NCBI GenBank assembly: GCA_965214605.1
Contig: OZ243961.1
Span: 2,528,001 to 2,592,000 of the forward strand
From: an uncultured Candidatus Binatia bacterium
Lineage (GTDB): Bacteria > Desulfobacterota > Binatia > Bin18
Length of the DNA: 64,000 nt
Direction: 5' to 3'
The translations under genes and the position numbers were made by a program. The first letter of the stretch is position 1. Each line of letters begins with the position of its first letter. Shown here in pieces: positions 29,075 through 38,652 of the stretch. The notes under the pieces are model-generated. The model was given only the letters and a program-made list of their open reading frames with translations. It searched no databases and had not been told where the DNA came from.

Positions 29075-29560
29075 GTCAATGTTGAAGAGCTTGTGGTACT
29101 TGGTTGAATTCCAAATACCCGTGCCCTTCGGGAGTCTTGGCCTCGTTCGTTTGTCTTGCCAGACCGACCGAAGTGTGTTGGCCGCTGAGGAACTGAAGTC
29201 TGAGTGACGCCGGTGTCGTCAGTGACTCTCACTCGTCTCTCGTCGGTGTCTGCCAACACTCCTCCTCAATGCCAGCCCAAAGACCGCGCTTATCGGTTCT
29301 CCACCTCCGTCGGACTCAACACGTCTCACGCACCCGACAGGGGGAATCGCGGTCCGGTCGCTAACAAACAGACTGTGAGACACTCCGGATCTTCCGTCAA
29401 GGGAAAACGGAACGTCTAGGGGAGAGAGCCCTTCCGTATTCCAAAGTCCAAGACCATACGGGCAAGGCGAGGCCCAACCGAAAGCACTAGGGGGATATCG
29501 GCAAGCCGTCCGAAGGAGGGGCATAGGAGCCGGATAAAGGACGTGCCTTATCCGGCTTGA
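29075..29560 (+). ncRNA. candidate large structured ncRNA (~480 nt), family not recognised
   Basis: No credible ORF; about ten nested complementary segment pairs, a long-range closing helix, a potential pseudoknot and a terminal hairpin at 29527-29558. Confidence 0.55.
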
Positions 29561-29573
29561 GGGCGGCTCGGCA

Positions 29574-30689
29574 TTACTCGATGCCGTATACCCGCGCCGC
29601 GGTATCGTGCACGATCTTTTGCCGATCGGCGTCCGACAGACTGCCAAACGTCTCTCTAATGAACTCCTGCGAACGTGGCCAGATGGCTGCCGTGTGGGGA
29701 TAGTCCGACGACCACATGGCGTTGTCGGCCGCATAACGGTGGAAACCGTCCAGCAAAATCGGCTCCTCGATAAAACTGGCGTAGACCTGGCGTTTGACGT
29801 ACTCACTCGGCTTCATGCTCAGCTCCACTGGTGTGGCTGAGGCTCGGCCGATCCGGCCGTGGGCAAAGTCCATCCGCCACATGAAGTACGGCATCCAGGC
29901 CACATCGTTCTCGGCCGAGACGATTGTCAGCTTCGGAAAGCGCTCCAACACCCCGCCCAGAACAAACACGGCGATGGAACGCTCCACCTCGTGGTGCAGG
30001 GTCGAGACCTGCAGGGCCAGATTGTCCTTAAAGAAATCGACCCCCATGCCCTTACGACCAGTCAGGATGTGCAGCGACAGGGGCATAGTAAGATCCGAGG
30101 CGGCCGCCCAGAACGGATCATAGTCCGGGTGGCTGTAGGGCCGGTCAGAAGGCGGCTCGGCCCAGATCATGGCGCCCCGCATCCCCTTCTTGGCGATCCG
30201 CTCCAGCTCTTTTATCCCAGCGTCAATATCTTCCAGGGTGATGAGCCCGAGCGGCAAGAGGCGTTTCGGATCATGGCTACAATACTCCACCGCCCAGTCA
30301 TTGTAGGCCTGAAAACAGGCGGTCCGTAGAGTGACATCGTCCAGCCCGTACAGTGGCATCCCCATAGAGGTGTAGATCACCTCGGCCTGTAAGCCGTCTC
30401 GGTCCTGGTCCTTAATCCGGGCCGCCGGGTCCCACACACTGGCCGGTGCCGCCTCAAACCCCTTCCGATTATGGGCGGGCAGGTCTGCCGAGGGCACGCC
30501 TGCGCCGAAAAACCCGGCCACCGGGATTGGGGAAATATTCTCACACACAAAGAACTCACCGTCTTTGCCCCCGTAGCCCTTGACGGTGTGCGGCGCGCGG
30601 TCGCGGAACTGCTTGTCCACCCGCTCGCCCCACATATCCGGGGGCTCCACAAAGTGCGAATCTGCCGAAATGACTCGGGTATCTGCCAT
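29574..30689 (-). CDS. amidohydrolase_2 family metal-dependent hydrolase
   Basis: ISADSHFVEP, YDPFWAAA, LSLH, AEND, WSSDYPH. Confidence 0.9.
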   Translation of the reverse strand: MADTRVISADSHFVEPPDMWGERVDKQFRDRAPHTVKGYGGKDGEFFVCENISPIPVAGFFGAGVPSADLPAHNRKGFEAAPASVWDPAARIKDQDRDGLQAEVIYTSMGMPLYGLDDVTLRTACFQAYNDWAVEYCSHDPKRLLPLGLITLEDIDAGIKELERIAKKGMRGAMIWAEPPSDRPYSHPDYDPFWAAASDLTMPLSLHILTGRKGMGVDFFKDNLALQVSTLHHEVERSIAVFVLGGVLERFPKLTIVSAENDVAWMPYFMWRMDFAHGRIGRASATPVELSMKPSEYVKRQVYASFIEEPILLDGFHRYAADNAMWSSDYPHTAAIWPRSQEFIRETFGSLSDADRQKIVHDTAARVYGIE

Positions 30690-30718
30690 AACTCACCCTC
30701 CTTATTAGGGACGCGTTG

Positions 30719-31224
30719 TTGGTAATTAACACCGTTTCTCTTCTCTCCCCCTACCACGCTGGGGGCAGAGATCAAGAGGCGTTCCGGCATTGAATCATGC
30801 GGCCGTTGGGGCCGCGATTTTTTGTTGGGGAGTGACGCACTGTTAGATCTGATCATTCGCAGCGGTCGGAGTCATCGACGTCGGCATTCAGGGCAAAACA
30901 ATTGCCGTCCGTGGTCAGCCGGGAACGCTCGGCGGCGAGGGCAGGCGGGTCATTGACGCGAGCGGAAAAATCGTGATGCCGGGCGGCGTCGAGCCCCACG
31001 CCCATATCGGCATTCCGGTACCGCCGGACTCGACGGGGCTCACGACCCAACCGCCGGAAGCCGTCAGTCGGGCGGCCGCGTTTGGCGGGGTGACGACGAT
31101 TATTGACGCTGCCGGCGATCTGTCGCGCCGGGCACTCAGCGGCGAGCGCCGCAGACCGGTCCTCGAGACACTCGACCGCCGGCCGGGCAGTGTTCCGTGA
31201 GCACTGTTCCATCGACTTTGCCTT
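30719..31224 (+). pseudogene. decayed partial duplicate of the upstream region and 5' end of the dihydropyrimidinase-like gene (direct repeat of 39517-40042)
   Basis: Long near-identical stretches (e.g. GACGCGAGCGGAAAAATCGTGATGCCGGGCGGC); start ATG changed to CTG, internal deletions, truncated. Confidence 0.88.
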
Positions 31225-31786
31225 GACGACGGTGCACTCAGGGCTCCTGCCGGAAGAAACGGTCAACGACGGAGACGGCACGGAACGCGCTCAGCCAAAT
31301 GCGGAAAGTCGGGTCAAGCCAACCGAGCCTCCTGAGACGCCTGAATTTACCACCGCGGAAAGCCGGCCTAGGGCGGCCGGACAGAGCGGAGCCGGACGGC
31401 AGCGCGGGAGAGTTGCCCCTACGCTCGGCGGTCGACCGGCTGCAATCGTACTCCCGGACATCGAACTCGGCGTCGGCTACCTCAAAAACGGAAGCAATTC
31501 TCCGATGCCGTGTGATCCGTTGTGGTATCGAATGACCGGCCCCGGCCCGGCCTTCTTATCGGGCCCGGAGCGGCCAAGGCGCCAAATGCACAATGTGGCG
31601 TTTATCGTTCGTCGAAAGATTTCACCACTTCACTCTATGTAAGGACCAATTCTGAAATCAGGGGCAAGTTGTGAATCTTGAAGTTCTGCCTCAACCTACA
31701 ATCATACACTCGCTGTGGGGAAGGAACGATTTGAAGGACCACACCATCGCCCTCCGAGAACTTTCCGAAGGAGGCCACACGCAGCC

Positions 31787-32245
31787 TCATTCGCCGTCAT
31801 CAGAGACCGCCGGATGCATGGTGACAACGCACTCCGCGATCAGATCGCCGACCAGGATCGCTCGGTCGGACTCACCCGGCGGCAGGCCGACGATTTCTGC
31901 GTGCGAAGGGTCCGGCTCGAACCCTTTCTCTGCCTCAAGCGGATCGTGGGCAATGCGCATCGTATCCAACTCCTCGGCCACCCGGCGCTTGACCGCGCCG
32001 ACATTCATTTCGGCAAAACGCCCCTTTGACCTTAACTTCAGGCGGCACAGGCGTCGCACCTCGGCCAGTCGATGGCTCTTGCCTGGGCCAAAGGCCTCGA
32101 GCCAATTAACCGACAACCCGGTTTCATCCGGGCGACTCGGACGCAACCGGAAGTCCGAGCCGTCCGGGCTCCCGTCGTCCTGGATCATGCTCGGCTTGAC
32201 GTAGCGGACGATCTGGTCGCCCGCCGGCAGATCGTCGCCCCTCAT
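31787..32245 (-). CDS. hypothetical protein, putative ADP-ribosyltransferase-fold toxin
   Basis: 152 aa with IVRYV (R), GLSVNW (S) and DPSHAEI (H) spaced like R-S-H ART/Tse2-like toxins; 4-bp overlap with upstream gene. Confidence 0.5.
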   Translation of the reverse strand: MRGDDLPAGDQIVRYVKPSMIQDDGSPDGSDFRLRPSRPDETGLSVNWLEAFGPGKSHRLAEVRRLCRLKLRSKGRFAEMNVGAVKRRVAEELDTMRIAHDPLEAEKGFEPDPSHAEIVGLPPGESDRAILVGDLIAECVVTMHPAVSDDGE

Positions 32246-32850
32246 TGGCAGAGCAACGAGCCAAGCTCAAAGGCATCGATCTGCCGTTTCAACCCCTCGA
32301 AGGTATCGCGTCCCGTGACCCTTGAGGTCGGTTGTCCCGCTTTGCGTTGCTTGAAAATCACATACTGCACCACTCCGTCGCCGAGAAACTGCAAGCCAAA
32401 ACGGGTTCCCTGGTCGTCTTTCCAAACCGCGCGCAGGTTGCCGTTATCCAACAACACCAAGTTGCCCTTGCGCCAGTGAGGCTCCGAGTCGACAAAACGC
32501 CAGAAGTCGAACTCGGAGTCAGGACTCAAAATATACCCGTCCTGTGCCGCATCAACGCGCAGCGCCCCGATTCTCGTCCAGTAGGCCTGAAACGTAGTTC
32601 GCGCCGGACCATCTAGAGCGAACACGGCGCTGGAGTCAAAATCAAAGAACTCGGCGGAGTCGGTAAAGGAACTAATGAGATAATCCGCGGGTCCTTTGCT
32701 CCGGGAGCGTTTGCGAGACCGGGGTCCGAACCCTCTTGGATATTGCCCCTGGGAATCGATGTCTAAAGTCGTCGTATGCCCGCCCACGGGCGCGGCCGGC
32801 GGATACTCTGTTTCGGACGCGCCGCTGTTCCATCCGACCGTCGCGCTCAT
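32242..32850 (-). CDS. hypothetical protein (putative antitoxin/partner)
   Basis: 202 aa, low-complexity N-terminus and beta-rich C-terminal domain; ATGA overlaps on both sides. Confidence 0.6.
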   Translation of the reverse strand: MSATVGWNSGASETEYPPAAPVGGHTTTLDIDSQGQYPRGFGPRSRKRSRSKGPADYLISSFTDSAEFFDFDSSAVFALDGPARTTFQAYWTRIGALRVDAAQDGYILSPDSEFDFWRFVDSEPHWRKGNLVLLDNGNLRAVWKDDQGTRFGLQFLGDGVVQYVIFKQRKAGQPTSRVTGRDTFEGLKRQIDAFELGSLLCQ

Positions 32851-33644
32851 TCGGTCTCCTCCTCCGGTATCCAGTATGTATGCCGTATTTTCTCGTCTGT
32901 CATGCTCAGGAACCGGGCGACGAGCACGTCATGCGCCTGCTGGTACCAAGCATCAACATCCGATTTCGCGATACCGTCTGGAGGGCCGAGCGCCTTGAAT
33001 TCGAGAACCAAGCGCGGCGAGCCGGGCCCGCCGGTCGCTTCGACGGTGCGGATCGCGATGTGCAGCTGCAAGCCGGGCTCGAGTTCGTGGCGATACGCGC
33101 AACTGAAGGCAGACGCAGCACCGTGCGCAGGTCCGCAGTCTGGAATCGCGAAAGACGGGATGAGTCGGGGTGTGTCCTGCGGTCCCCGCCAGTACTCACA
33201 TGGCTCGATCACGTTGACATAGGTGAGTTCGCAACGGTGGATTCCGGGACCCGGCGCGCCGACATCTTCTTCCAGGAACTTCTCGAAGACCCCATAGTAT
33301 CGGTCGAAGCACGGCTTCAGGTGTTCTTCAAAATGCGGGTACTCGGTTTTCCGCCGTCTCCAGTTGAGAAAAAAAGCGCCCTTCTGGACCTGGATCAGGT
33401 TGACCTCGTCCTTGGACACGAACCAGAATCGCGGCATGACAAAAAACTCGTTGCTAATCGTCAAGACCATCCTTTTATCCCCGGCTGTGTCGAGCGGCTC
33501 CCGTTGTTCGACCACCGGGAACTCGTCGCGAAGTCTCGACCACAACAAACCGATATGCTCGCTTCGAAGTGCGACTAGCGGCGGCTCGAAGTAGGAGCCA
33601 ATGACCACCTCATTGATCGGCGGATTCCTGAACCGTACCTTCAT
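32847..33644 (-). CDS. TIGR04255 family protein
   Basis: FRNPPINEVV N-terminus, PRFWF...LIQVQ...NWRR...YPHF and ELTYVNVI motifs. Confidence 0.75.
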   Translation of the reverse strand: MKVRFRNPPINEVVIGSYFEPPLVALRSEHIGLLWSRLRDEFPVVEQREPLDTAGDKRMVLTISNEFFVMPRFWFVSKDEVNLIQVQKGAFFLNWRRRKTEYPHFEEHLKPCFDRYYGVFEKFLEEDVGAPGPGIHRCELTYVNVIEPCEYWRGPQDTPRLIPSFAIPDCGPAHGAASAFSCAYRHELEPGLQLHIAIRTVEATGGPGSPRLVLEFKALGPPDGIAKSDVDAWYQQAHDVLVARFLSMTDEKIRHTYWIPEEETE

Positions 33645-33681
33645 GATGTTCTCCGAAGATTCATTGGCTTATCCTAACTGC

Positions 33682-34878
33682 TCAGCTTTGAGCGGCAATG
33701 GGGCATGCGGCATCTCCGAACAGACGGGACATGAGGGAGGCACCCAGCGCCGATGCGGTTTGTGTTCCGATATCCGCGCGCGCGACAGCAGCCTGCACCT
33801 TACTCGCGATCTCCGCAAATCGTCGCTGCCTGTCGAGCGGCGGCAGCGGTACATACATTTTCTTGATTGCCGACTTGGAAACCTCCTTGAAAGTCGTGCC
33901 GCCCGCTAACCGGATCAGTTCCGCGCGCCGAAAACGAAGCCAACAGGCAAGGTATTCAGGCACAAGGTCAGTTCGGCAGGTTAGATTTGCGAATCCCTGA
34001 TTTGTCGCCACGTCAACGGCTGCGATCGCCGTGAAGCCTATCGTGGCGCGGCTGGTCAACAGCACCGTTCCGGCCGGGACGAGGCGAGCGCTGCTTTCCC
34101 GGAGGCCGGTCTCGGTCAAGGTCTCTCTGGTCGCCTCAATGGTCAGGCTCTTCAAGCTGGTAACGTCGGTTGGCGTAACCCACGGGATTGCCCCGCCGAA
34201 GTATGCTGGAATGTTTCGGCGCGGAGTCCCGCCTCCCACAATGGCGCATACCTCACCAAGGGCCGCGACCTCCCACCCCCTGGGATTCTCCGCCGGATCG
34301 CCGAACATCTTGACGAACAGGGCGGGAATGAATTCCCGCAACCGCTCGGCGGCCCGCGCCCGCAGCCGCTCGATCTTCGTCGCCCGGTTCAGGATACCGA
34401 CGATCCGCCGCTGTTCGTCGAGCGGGGGGAGGGGAACCGGAGCTTCCTTTAATATCGAGAGCTTGAGCGACGGCAGACTTGTAACCTGCGCCTGGGCACG
34501 CGGGTCGTAGCGCACTGACCACCAGAACAGGTACTCTGGATCTACCCTCTCCTTGTCGGGCATTACCACCGCGAGATGGCTCACTACGTGGGCATCGGTG
34601 GCCAGTTTGGCGCGGTGGTTCAAATTCACGGAGGCTCCACTCTTCGGGATCAGGATGCTGTCCTTGGGAAAGAGCCGGAGGCGGTTCCCTGCCAACCAAT
34701 TGAGGGAAAGGCGGTCCGTCGTGTCGGCCAACCATGGGTTGACGTGATGCTGCCCCACATCCTGCATTCGTACGAACAACGGGCCATCCGGTGCGAAGGC
34801 TCCCGGTTCCTGGGGTGCAGGGTCCCCTGCTACGACGTTCGCAATATCGCCAAGGCGAAAAACGGAATATGCGCTCAT
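33682..34878 (-). CDS. hsdS: type I restriction-modification specificity subunit
   Basis: Two TRDs with repeated conserved segments PLPPLDEQRRIV and PLPPLDRQRRFA; FGDP...GWEV linker. Confidence 0.92.
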   Translation of the reverse strand: MSAYSVFRLGDIANVVAGDPAPQEPGAFAPDGPLFVRMQDVGQHHVNPWLADTTDRLSLNWLAGNRLRLFPKDSILIPKSGASVNLNHRAKLATDAHVVSHLAVVMPDKERVDPEYLFWWSVRYDPRAQAQVTSLPSLKLSILKEAPVPLPPLDEQRRIVGILNRATKIERLRARAAERLREFIPALFVKMFGDPAENPRGWEVAALGEVCAIVGGGTPRRNIPAYFGGAIPWVTPTDVTSLKSLTIEATRETLTETGLRESSARLVPAGTVLLTSRATIGFTAIAAVDVATNQGFANLTCRTDLVPEYLACWLRFRRAELIRLAGGTTFKEVSKSAIKKMYVPLPPLDRQRRFAEIASKVQAAVARADIGTQTASALGASLMSRLFGDAACPIAAQS

Positions 34879-36506
34879 TCCGCGATTGCCCCCCGCACCG
34901 CCTCGGCCAACTCGTCGAGCTCGCCCAGGATTTCCGTCTCAATGGCCCGCAACTCGTCCAGAATCTCCAGCGGGTCGCGATGCTCCACCTTCGCCCGGTT
35001 CTGCGGGCGATGCCGGCCAGCGCTCAGGTTGAAGTCGGCGGCGCGGATCGCGTCGGCCTCGGCGAACCAATACTTCTCGGTCCACTCGGCTTCCGGGTCA
35101 CGATCACGCCACGTCTCCCATCGGAGGTCGCGCCCGCGGAATGCCTTGATCAGCCCCGGCAGGTCGTCGTCATCAATCGGCTGGTCGTGTTGGGCATCGA
35201 GCTTGAAGCCGTCGTTGTCGGCGTGGAGGAACATCACCCGCTCCGTCGCACCACCTTTGCGGAAGACGAGCACCGAGGTCTTGACCCCGGAATAGGGATT
35301 GAACACGCCGCCCGGCAGCGACAGCACTGCTTCCACCGTGTTGGTCTCAACCAGCCGGCGGCGCAGTTCCCTGTGCGCGCCGGTGGAGCCGAACAGCACG
35401 CCTTCGGGGACCACGACGCCGCAGCGCCCGCCGTCCTTCAGGTGGTTCAGCATGTATTGCAGGAACAACAGCTCGGTCTGTGCGGTGCGCCCGACCTTCA
35501 CCTCCTCGACGACGCGGTCCCGGTCGAGCCGACCGGAGAAGGGCGGGTTGGCGAGGATGACGTCGAAGCCCTGCGTCGGCAGGCCGAGCGCTGCCTTCGC
35601 CGCCCGGTCGAGCGAACGGGTCAGCGCACAGCGGCGCAGGACGCGCACCCGGTCGAGACCGCGCAACGTCAGGTTCATGGTCGCGAGGCGGACCATCTCC
35701 GGGTCCACGTCGGCGCCGTAGAACGTCGCCTCGTGCAACTGCCTCACCGCGTCGCGGCTCAACGTGTCACCGATGCCGCGCCGAACAGTCTTGCCCTCGG
35801 CCTCGACCGCCTCAGTCCCGGCGGGCGACGAGTTGGCGAGCCGGATATGGTCCCATGTGCCGACCAGGAAGCCAGCCGTCCCCGCCGCCAGGTCGTAGAC
35901 CGTCTCGCCGATCCTAGGATCGACCAGTCGGACCAGCCACCGGATGACGTGGCGCGGCGTGCGGAACTGGCCGAGCTCGCCCGCCTGCCGGATCTGGCGC
36001 AGCACGTGCTCGAACAGGTCGCCCTTGGTGTCCGCGTCCACCCGGTCGAGATGCAGGTCGTTCAACTGGCTGACGACCTGGGTGAGCACGGTCGGCTCGT
36101 CGATCACCAGCCGGGCGCCGTCCATGAAGTCGGTGACGCCGTTTGCCGCAAGCTCGGCATGAAACGGGAAGACCTCTTCACGCACCCAGTTGACCAGCCG
36201 CTCGCCGTTCAGCGCCTGCGCCCAGGACGACCAGCGCAGGAACGCGCGCGGCACCGTCGCCCCGCCGGGCGCGCGGGCGTTGCGCGGATCGCGCAGGCGC
36301 CATTCGCCGTCGAAGACGCTGGCATATGGCGCGGCACCCGGCCGCCACGCCGCGCGCACCCGTACCGCGTCCGCCGCCTCGTACATGTAGAAGTAGATCA
36401 GGAAGCTGAGCTGTTCGGCGTTCTGGGCCGGGTTCGGATAGCCGCCGCCGAACAGGTAGTCGCGGATGCGGTCGATGCCGCGCCGGAGTTCGGGGGTCAT
36501 GGGCAT
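34875..36506 (-). CDS. hsdM: type I restriction-modification N6-adenine methyltransferase subunit
   Basis: GQFRTPRH, YDLAAGTAGFL (motif I), ANPPF (motif IV), VVPEGVLF; start placed at MPMTPE. Confidence 0.92.
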   Translation of the reverse strand: MPMTPELRRGIDRIRDYLFGGGYPNPAQNAEQLSFLIYFYMYEAADAVRVRAAWRPGAAPYASVFDGEWRLRDPRNARAPGGATVPRAFLRWSSWAQALNGERLVNWVREEVFPFHAELAANGVTDFMDGARLVIDEPTVLTQVVSQLNDLHLDRVDADTKGDLFEHVLRQIRQAGELGQFRTPRHVIRWLVRLVDPRIGETVYDLAAGTAGFLVGTWDHIRLANSSPAGTEAVEAEGKTVRRGIGDTLSRDAVRQLHEATFYGADVDPEMVRLATMNLTLRGLDRVRVLRRCALTRSLDRAAKAALGLPTQGFDVILANPPFSGRLDRDRVVEEVKVGRTAQTELLFLQYMLNHLKDGGRCGVVVPEGVLFGSTGAHRELRRRLVETNTVEAVLSLPGGVFNPYSGVKTSVLVFRKGGATERVMFLHADNDGFKLDAQHDQPIDDDDLPGLIKAFRGRDLRWETWRDRDPEAEWTEKYWFAEADAIRAADFNLSAGRHRPQNRAKVEHRDPLEILDELRAIETEILGELDELAEAVRGAIAE

Positions 36507-36510
36507 GCCG

Positions 36511-38652
36511 TCACCGCTCCCGCGCGTCGTCTGCGGGCGCGCGGGCCTCCCGCCTTCCGCCGAACACCACCGCGTTGAACCCCGCAATCAGCTTGCCGAG
36601 GGATGCTTCGCCGCCGAACACGCGCCGCGCCTGGTCGTAGCCCCCGAGGGCGGCGAAGGGGTGTTCGTCAAAGTCGTAATAGCCGAACGCCTCCATGCTC
36701 ATCGCGTCGGCCTTGACCCGGCTCCCGATGAGACCCGCCCATCTTGCCTGCTCCGCATCGAACTCCTCGTGCTCGCCCCGCCACGCCTCGACGCGCACCC
36801 CGATCTCGGCCGCGCGTGCCTCGTGCTCCGGCGTGCGCACGATGCGGCCGTTCTCGTCGAGTACCAGCCATTCGCGGGTCGTGGGGTCGATGTGATCGTC
36901 CACGTCGAGGGTCAGGAGCGCGCGCGTCGCCGCTTCGTAGGCCGAGCGTTGCTCCCTGACGGCGAGGACACCTTCGAGCGCCCCGTCGTCGCCGTGGAAG
37001 TCCGTCACGCCGACGAAGTCGAAGATCGTGAACCCAGTCTTGCCGATGTGGTCCGCCTTGCGCGTGCCCCGCCCGTGCATCTGCCGGTAGAGGATGGCGC
37101 TGCGCGTGAACCGCGCCATCACCAGATTGACCACCTCGGGACAATCGAAGCCGGTATCGAGCATGTTCACGCTGACGAGAATCCGCGGAAACTCCTCTTC
37201 CTTGAAGCGCTTGATGATGGCGCTCGCGTCGGGCGCCGGGCCGCCGCCGACGTCGCTCACCACGAAGTCGGCATAACGTACGGTTGGATGCGGCTTCTTA
37301 TCCGCGAAGTGCTCGTCGAACATCGCCGCCAGCGTCTCGGCGTGACGCCGGGTCACCGCGAACACGATGGTCTTGCCCCAGGCGGGCCAGCGCCTGACCC
37401 CGTCCCGGCCCATGAAGCCCTTCTCGTGCGCGTCGCGGAACTCCCGCACCATAGCGCGGTTGCGCTCGGGAATGGTGAACTTGCGCTCGAGCGCCCGCGG
37501 GTCCACCGTGATCCTGTCCGAGGCGGCGAACAGCGCCTCGAAATCCGCCCGCGTGGCCGCATCCATCGCACTCCAGTCGAGTTCGTCGCGCCGGACCGGA
37601 AAGCCAGCCTCGGCAGCCGTCTTCACTGTCAGCGCCTTGTAGATACGATAGGGAACGAGATGACCTGCCTTGATGGCCTCGGGCAGCGTGTAGCGGAAGG
37701 TCGGCCTTTCGAGGCCGAAGAAACGCAGCGTGTCCCGCACGAACAATCCGTCTTCCGGGTCGGGCAGCGCATCCGCATCGGCCGCCGTGCACGGCGTTGC
37801 CGTCAGTCCCAGCTGAATGCCATCGAAATGCTTGAGCACGCCCTTATACTTGCCATAGATTGAGCGGTGGCACTCGTCGGTGATCACCAGATCAAAATAG
37901 CCCGGCGAGAGCGTACGGTATTCCGCGATCATGGTCTGAAGGGTGGCGATCGTAACGCGCTTGGCGCGGTCGAAGACGCGGCCGGGCCGCAGGACGTGGC
38001 AGGGATAGTCGCGGAGGTGATCGGTGAAGGCGTCCTCAGCCTGACCCGCCAGCGCGATGCGGTCGACGAGGAACAGCACGCGGGTGACGATCCCCGCCTC
38101 GAACAGCCGCTTGATGAAGGCTGCCGCGGTGCGGGTCTTGCCGGTCCCGGTCGCCATCTCGACCAGCAGCTTGCGCCGCCCGAGCGAGACCTCGGCGGAC
38201 AGCGCCTCGATGCACTTGATCTGGTAGTCGCGGTCGACGATCCTACGGTCGACGGCGACCCCCGACAGGTCGCGGCGCAACCGCCGGGCGGCGACCCGCC
38301 GCTCCAGGTCGTCCTGCGATAAGAAGCCCGCGATCTCGCGCGCGTGGGCGTCGGTCTCGCAGTCGAGGAATCGCACTTCCTCGCCGTTCGACAGGAAGAT
38401 GAATGGCACGCCGAGCTGTTCGGCGTAATGACGACCCTGGTCCTGCGCCGCGATGGGAGCGATGCTCCCCCGCTTGGCCTCGAGCACCGCCATCGGACGG
38501 CCCGACCGGTCGCAGAGCACGTAGTCGGCCTGTGTCCCGTCGGGCAGCGCGTGCTCGAACAGCACGCTCACGCCGTCAGGCAGGTTCCAGCCCGCGTCCG
38601 TAAGCAGGGCGTCGATCTTGACGCGCGCGAAGGCCTCCGTCGTGTCGCTCAT
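36511..38652 (-). CDS. hsdR: type I restriction enzyme R subunit (EcoEI-like)
   Basis: ADYVL...LEAKR nuclease motif, MATGTGKT, DECHRS, GLTATP, MLDTGFDCP, QMHGRGTR; start placed at MSDTTE. Confidence 0.9.
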   Translation of the reverse strand: MSDTTEAFARVKIDALLTDAGWNLPDGVSVLFEHALPDGTQADYVLCDRSGRPMAVLEAKRGSIAPIAAQDQGRHYAEQLGVPFIFLSNGEEVRFLDCETDAHAREIAGFLSQDDLERRVAARRLRRDLSGVAVDRRIVDRDYQIKCIEALSAEVSLGRRKLLVEMATGTGKTRTAAAFIKRLFEAGIVTRVLFLVDRIALAGQAEDAFTDHLRDYPCHVLRPGRVFDRAKRVTIATLQTMIAEYRTLSPGYFDLVITDECHRSIYGKYKGVLKHFDGIQLGLTATPCTAADADALPDPEDGLFVRDTLRFFGLERPTFRYTLPEAIKAGHLVPYRIYKALTVKTAAEAGFPVRRDELDWSAMDAATRADFEALFAASDRITVDPRALERKFTIPERNRAMVREFRDAHEKGFMGRDGVRRWPAWGKTIVFAVTRRHAETLAAMFDEHFADKKPHPTVRYADFVVSDVGGGPAPDASAIIKRFKEEEFPRILVSVNMLDTGFDCPEVVNLVMARFTRSAILYRQMHGRGTRKADHIGKTGFTIFDFVGVTDFHGDDGALEGVLAVREQRSAYEAATRALLTLDVDDHIDPTTREWLVLDENGRIVRTPEHEARAAEIGVRVEAWRGEHEEFDAEQARWAGLIGSRVKADAMSMEAFGYYDFDEHPFAALGGYDQARRVFGGEASLGKLIAGFNAVVFGGRREARAPADDARER

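Noticed and set aside
28900-29582. Complete group II intron (GTGCG at 28900, ACTCGAT near 29576-29582)
   Set aside because: No canonical domain V or intron-encoded RT; the apparent 3' end is the amidohydrolase's last codons; kept only as a possible origin of the ncRNA candidate
30719-31224. Duplication as a diversity-generating retroelement TR/VR pair
   Set aside because: Differences are not adenine-specific, include indels, cover a gene 5' end, and no reverse transcriptase is in the window
31225-31700. ORFs 31103-31642 and 31299-31535 at the island's left end
   Set aside because: One begins inside the pseudogene copy, both have low-complexity composition and no recognisable family; probably remnants
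34791-37863. Long plus-strand ORFs (595 aa and 465 aa) opposite hsdM/hsdR
   Set aside because: Antisense shadows expected from high-GC codon bias; no recognisable motifs
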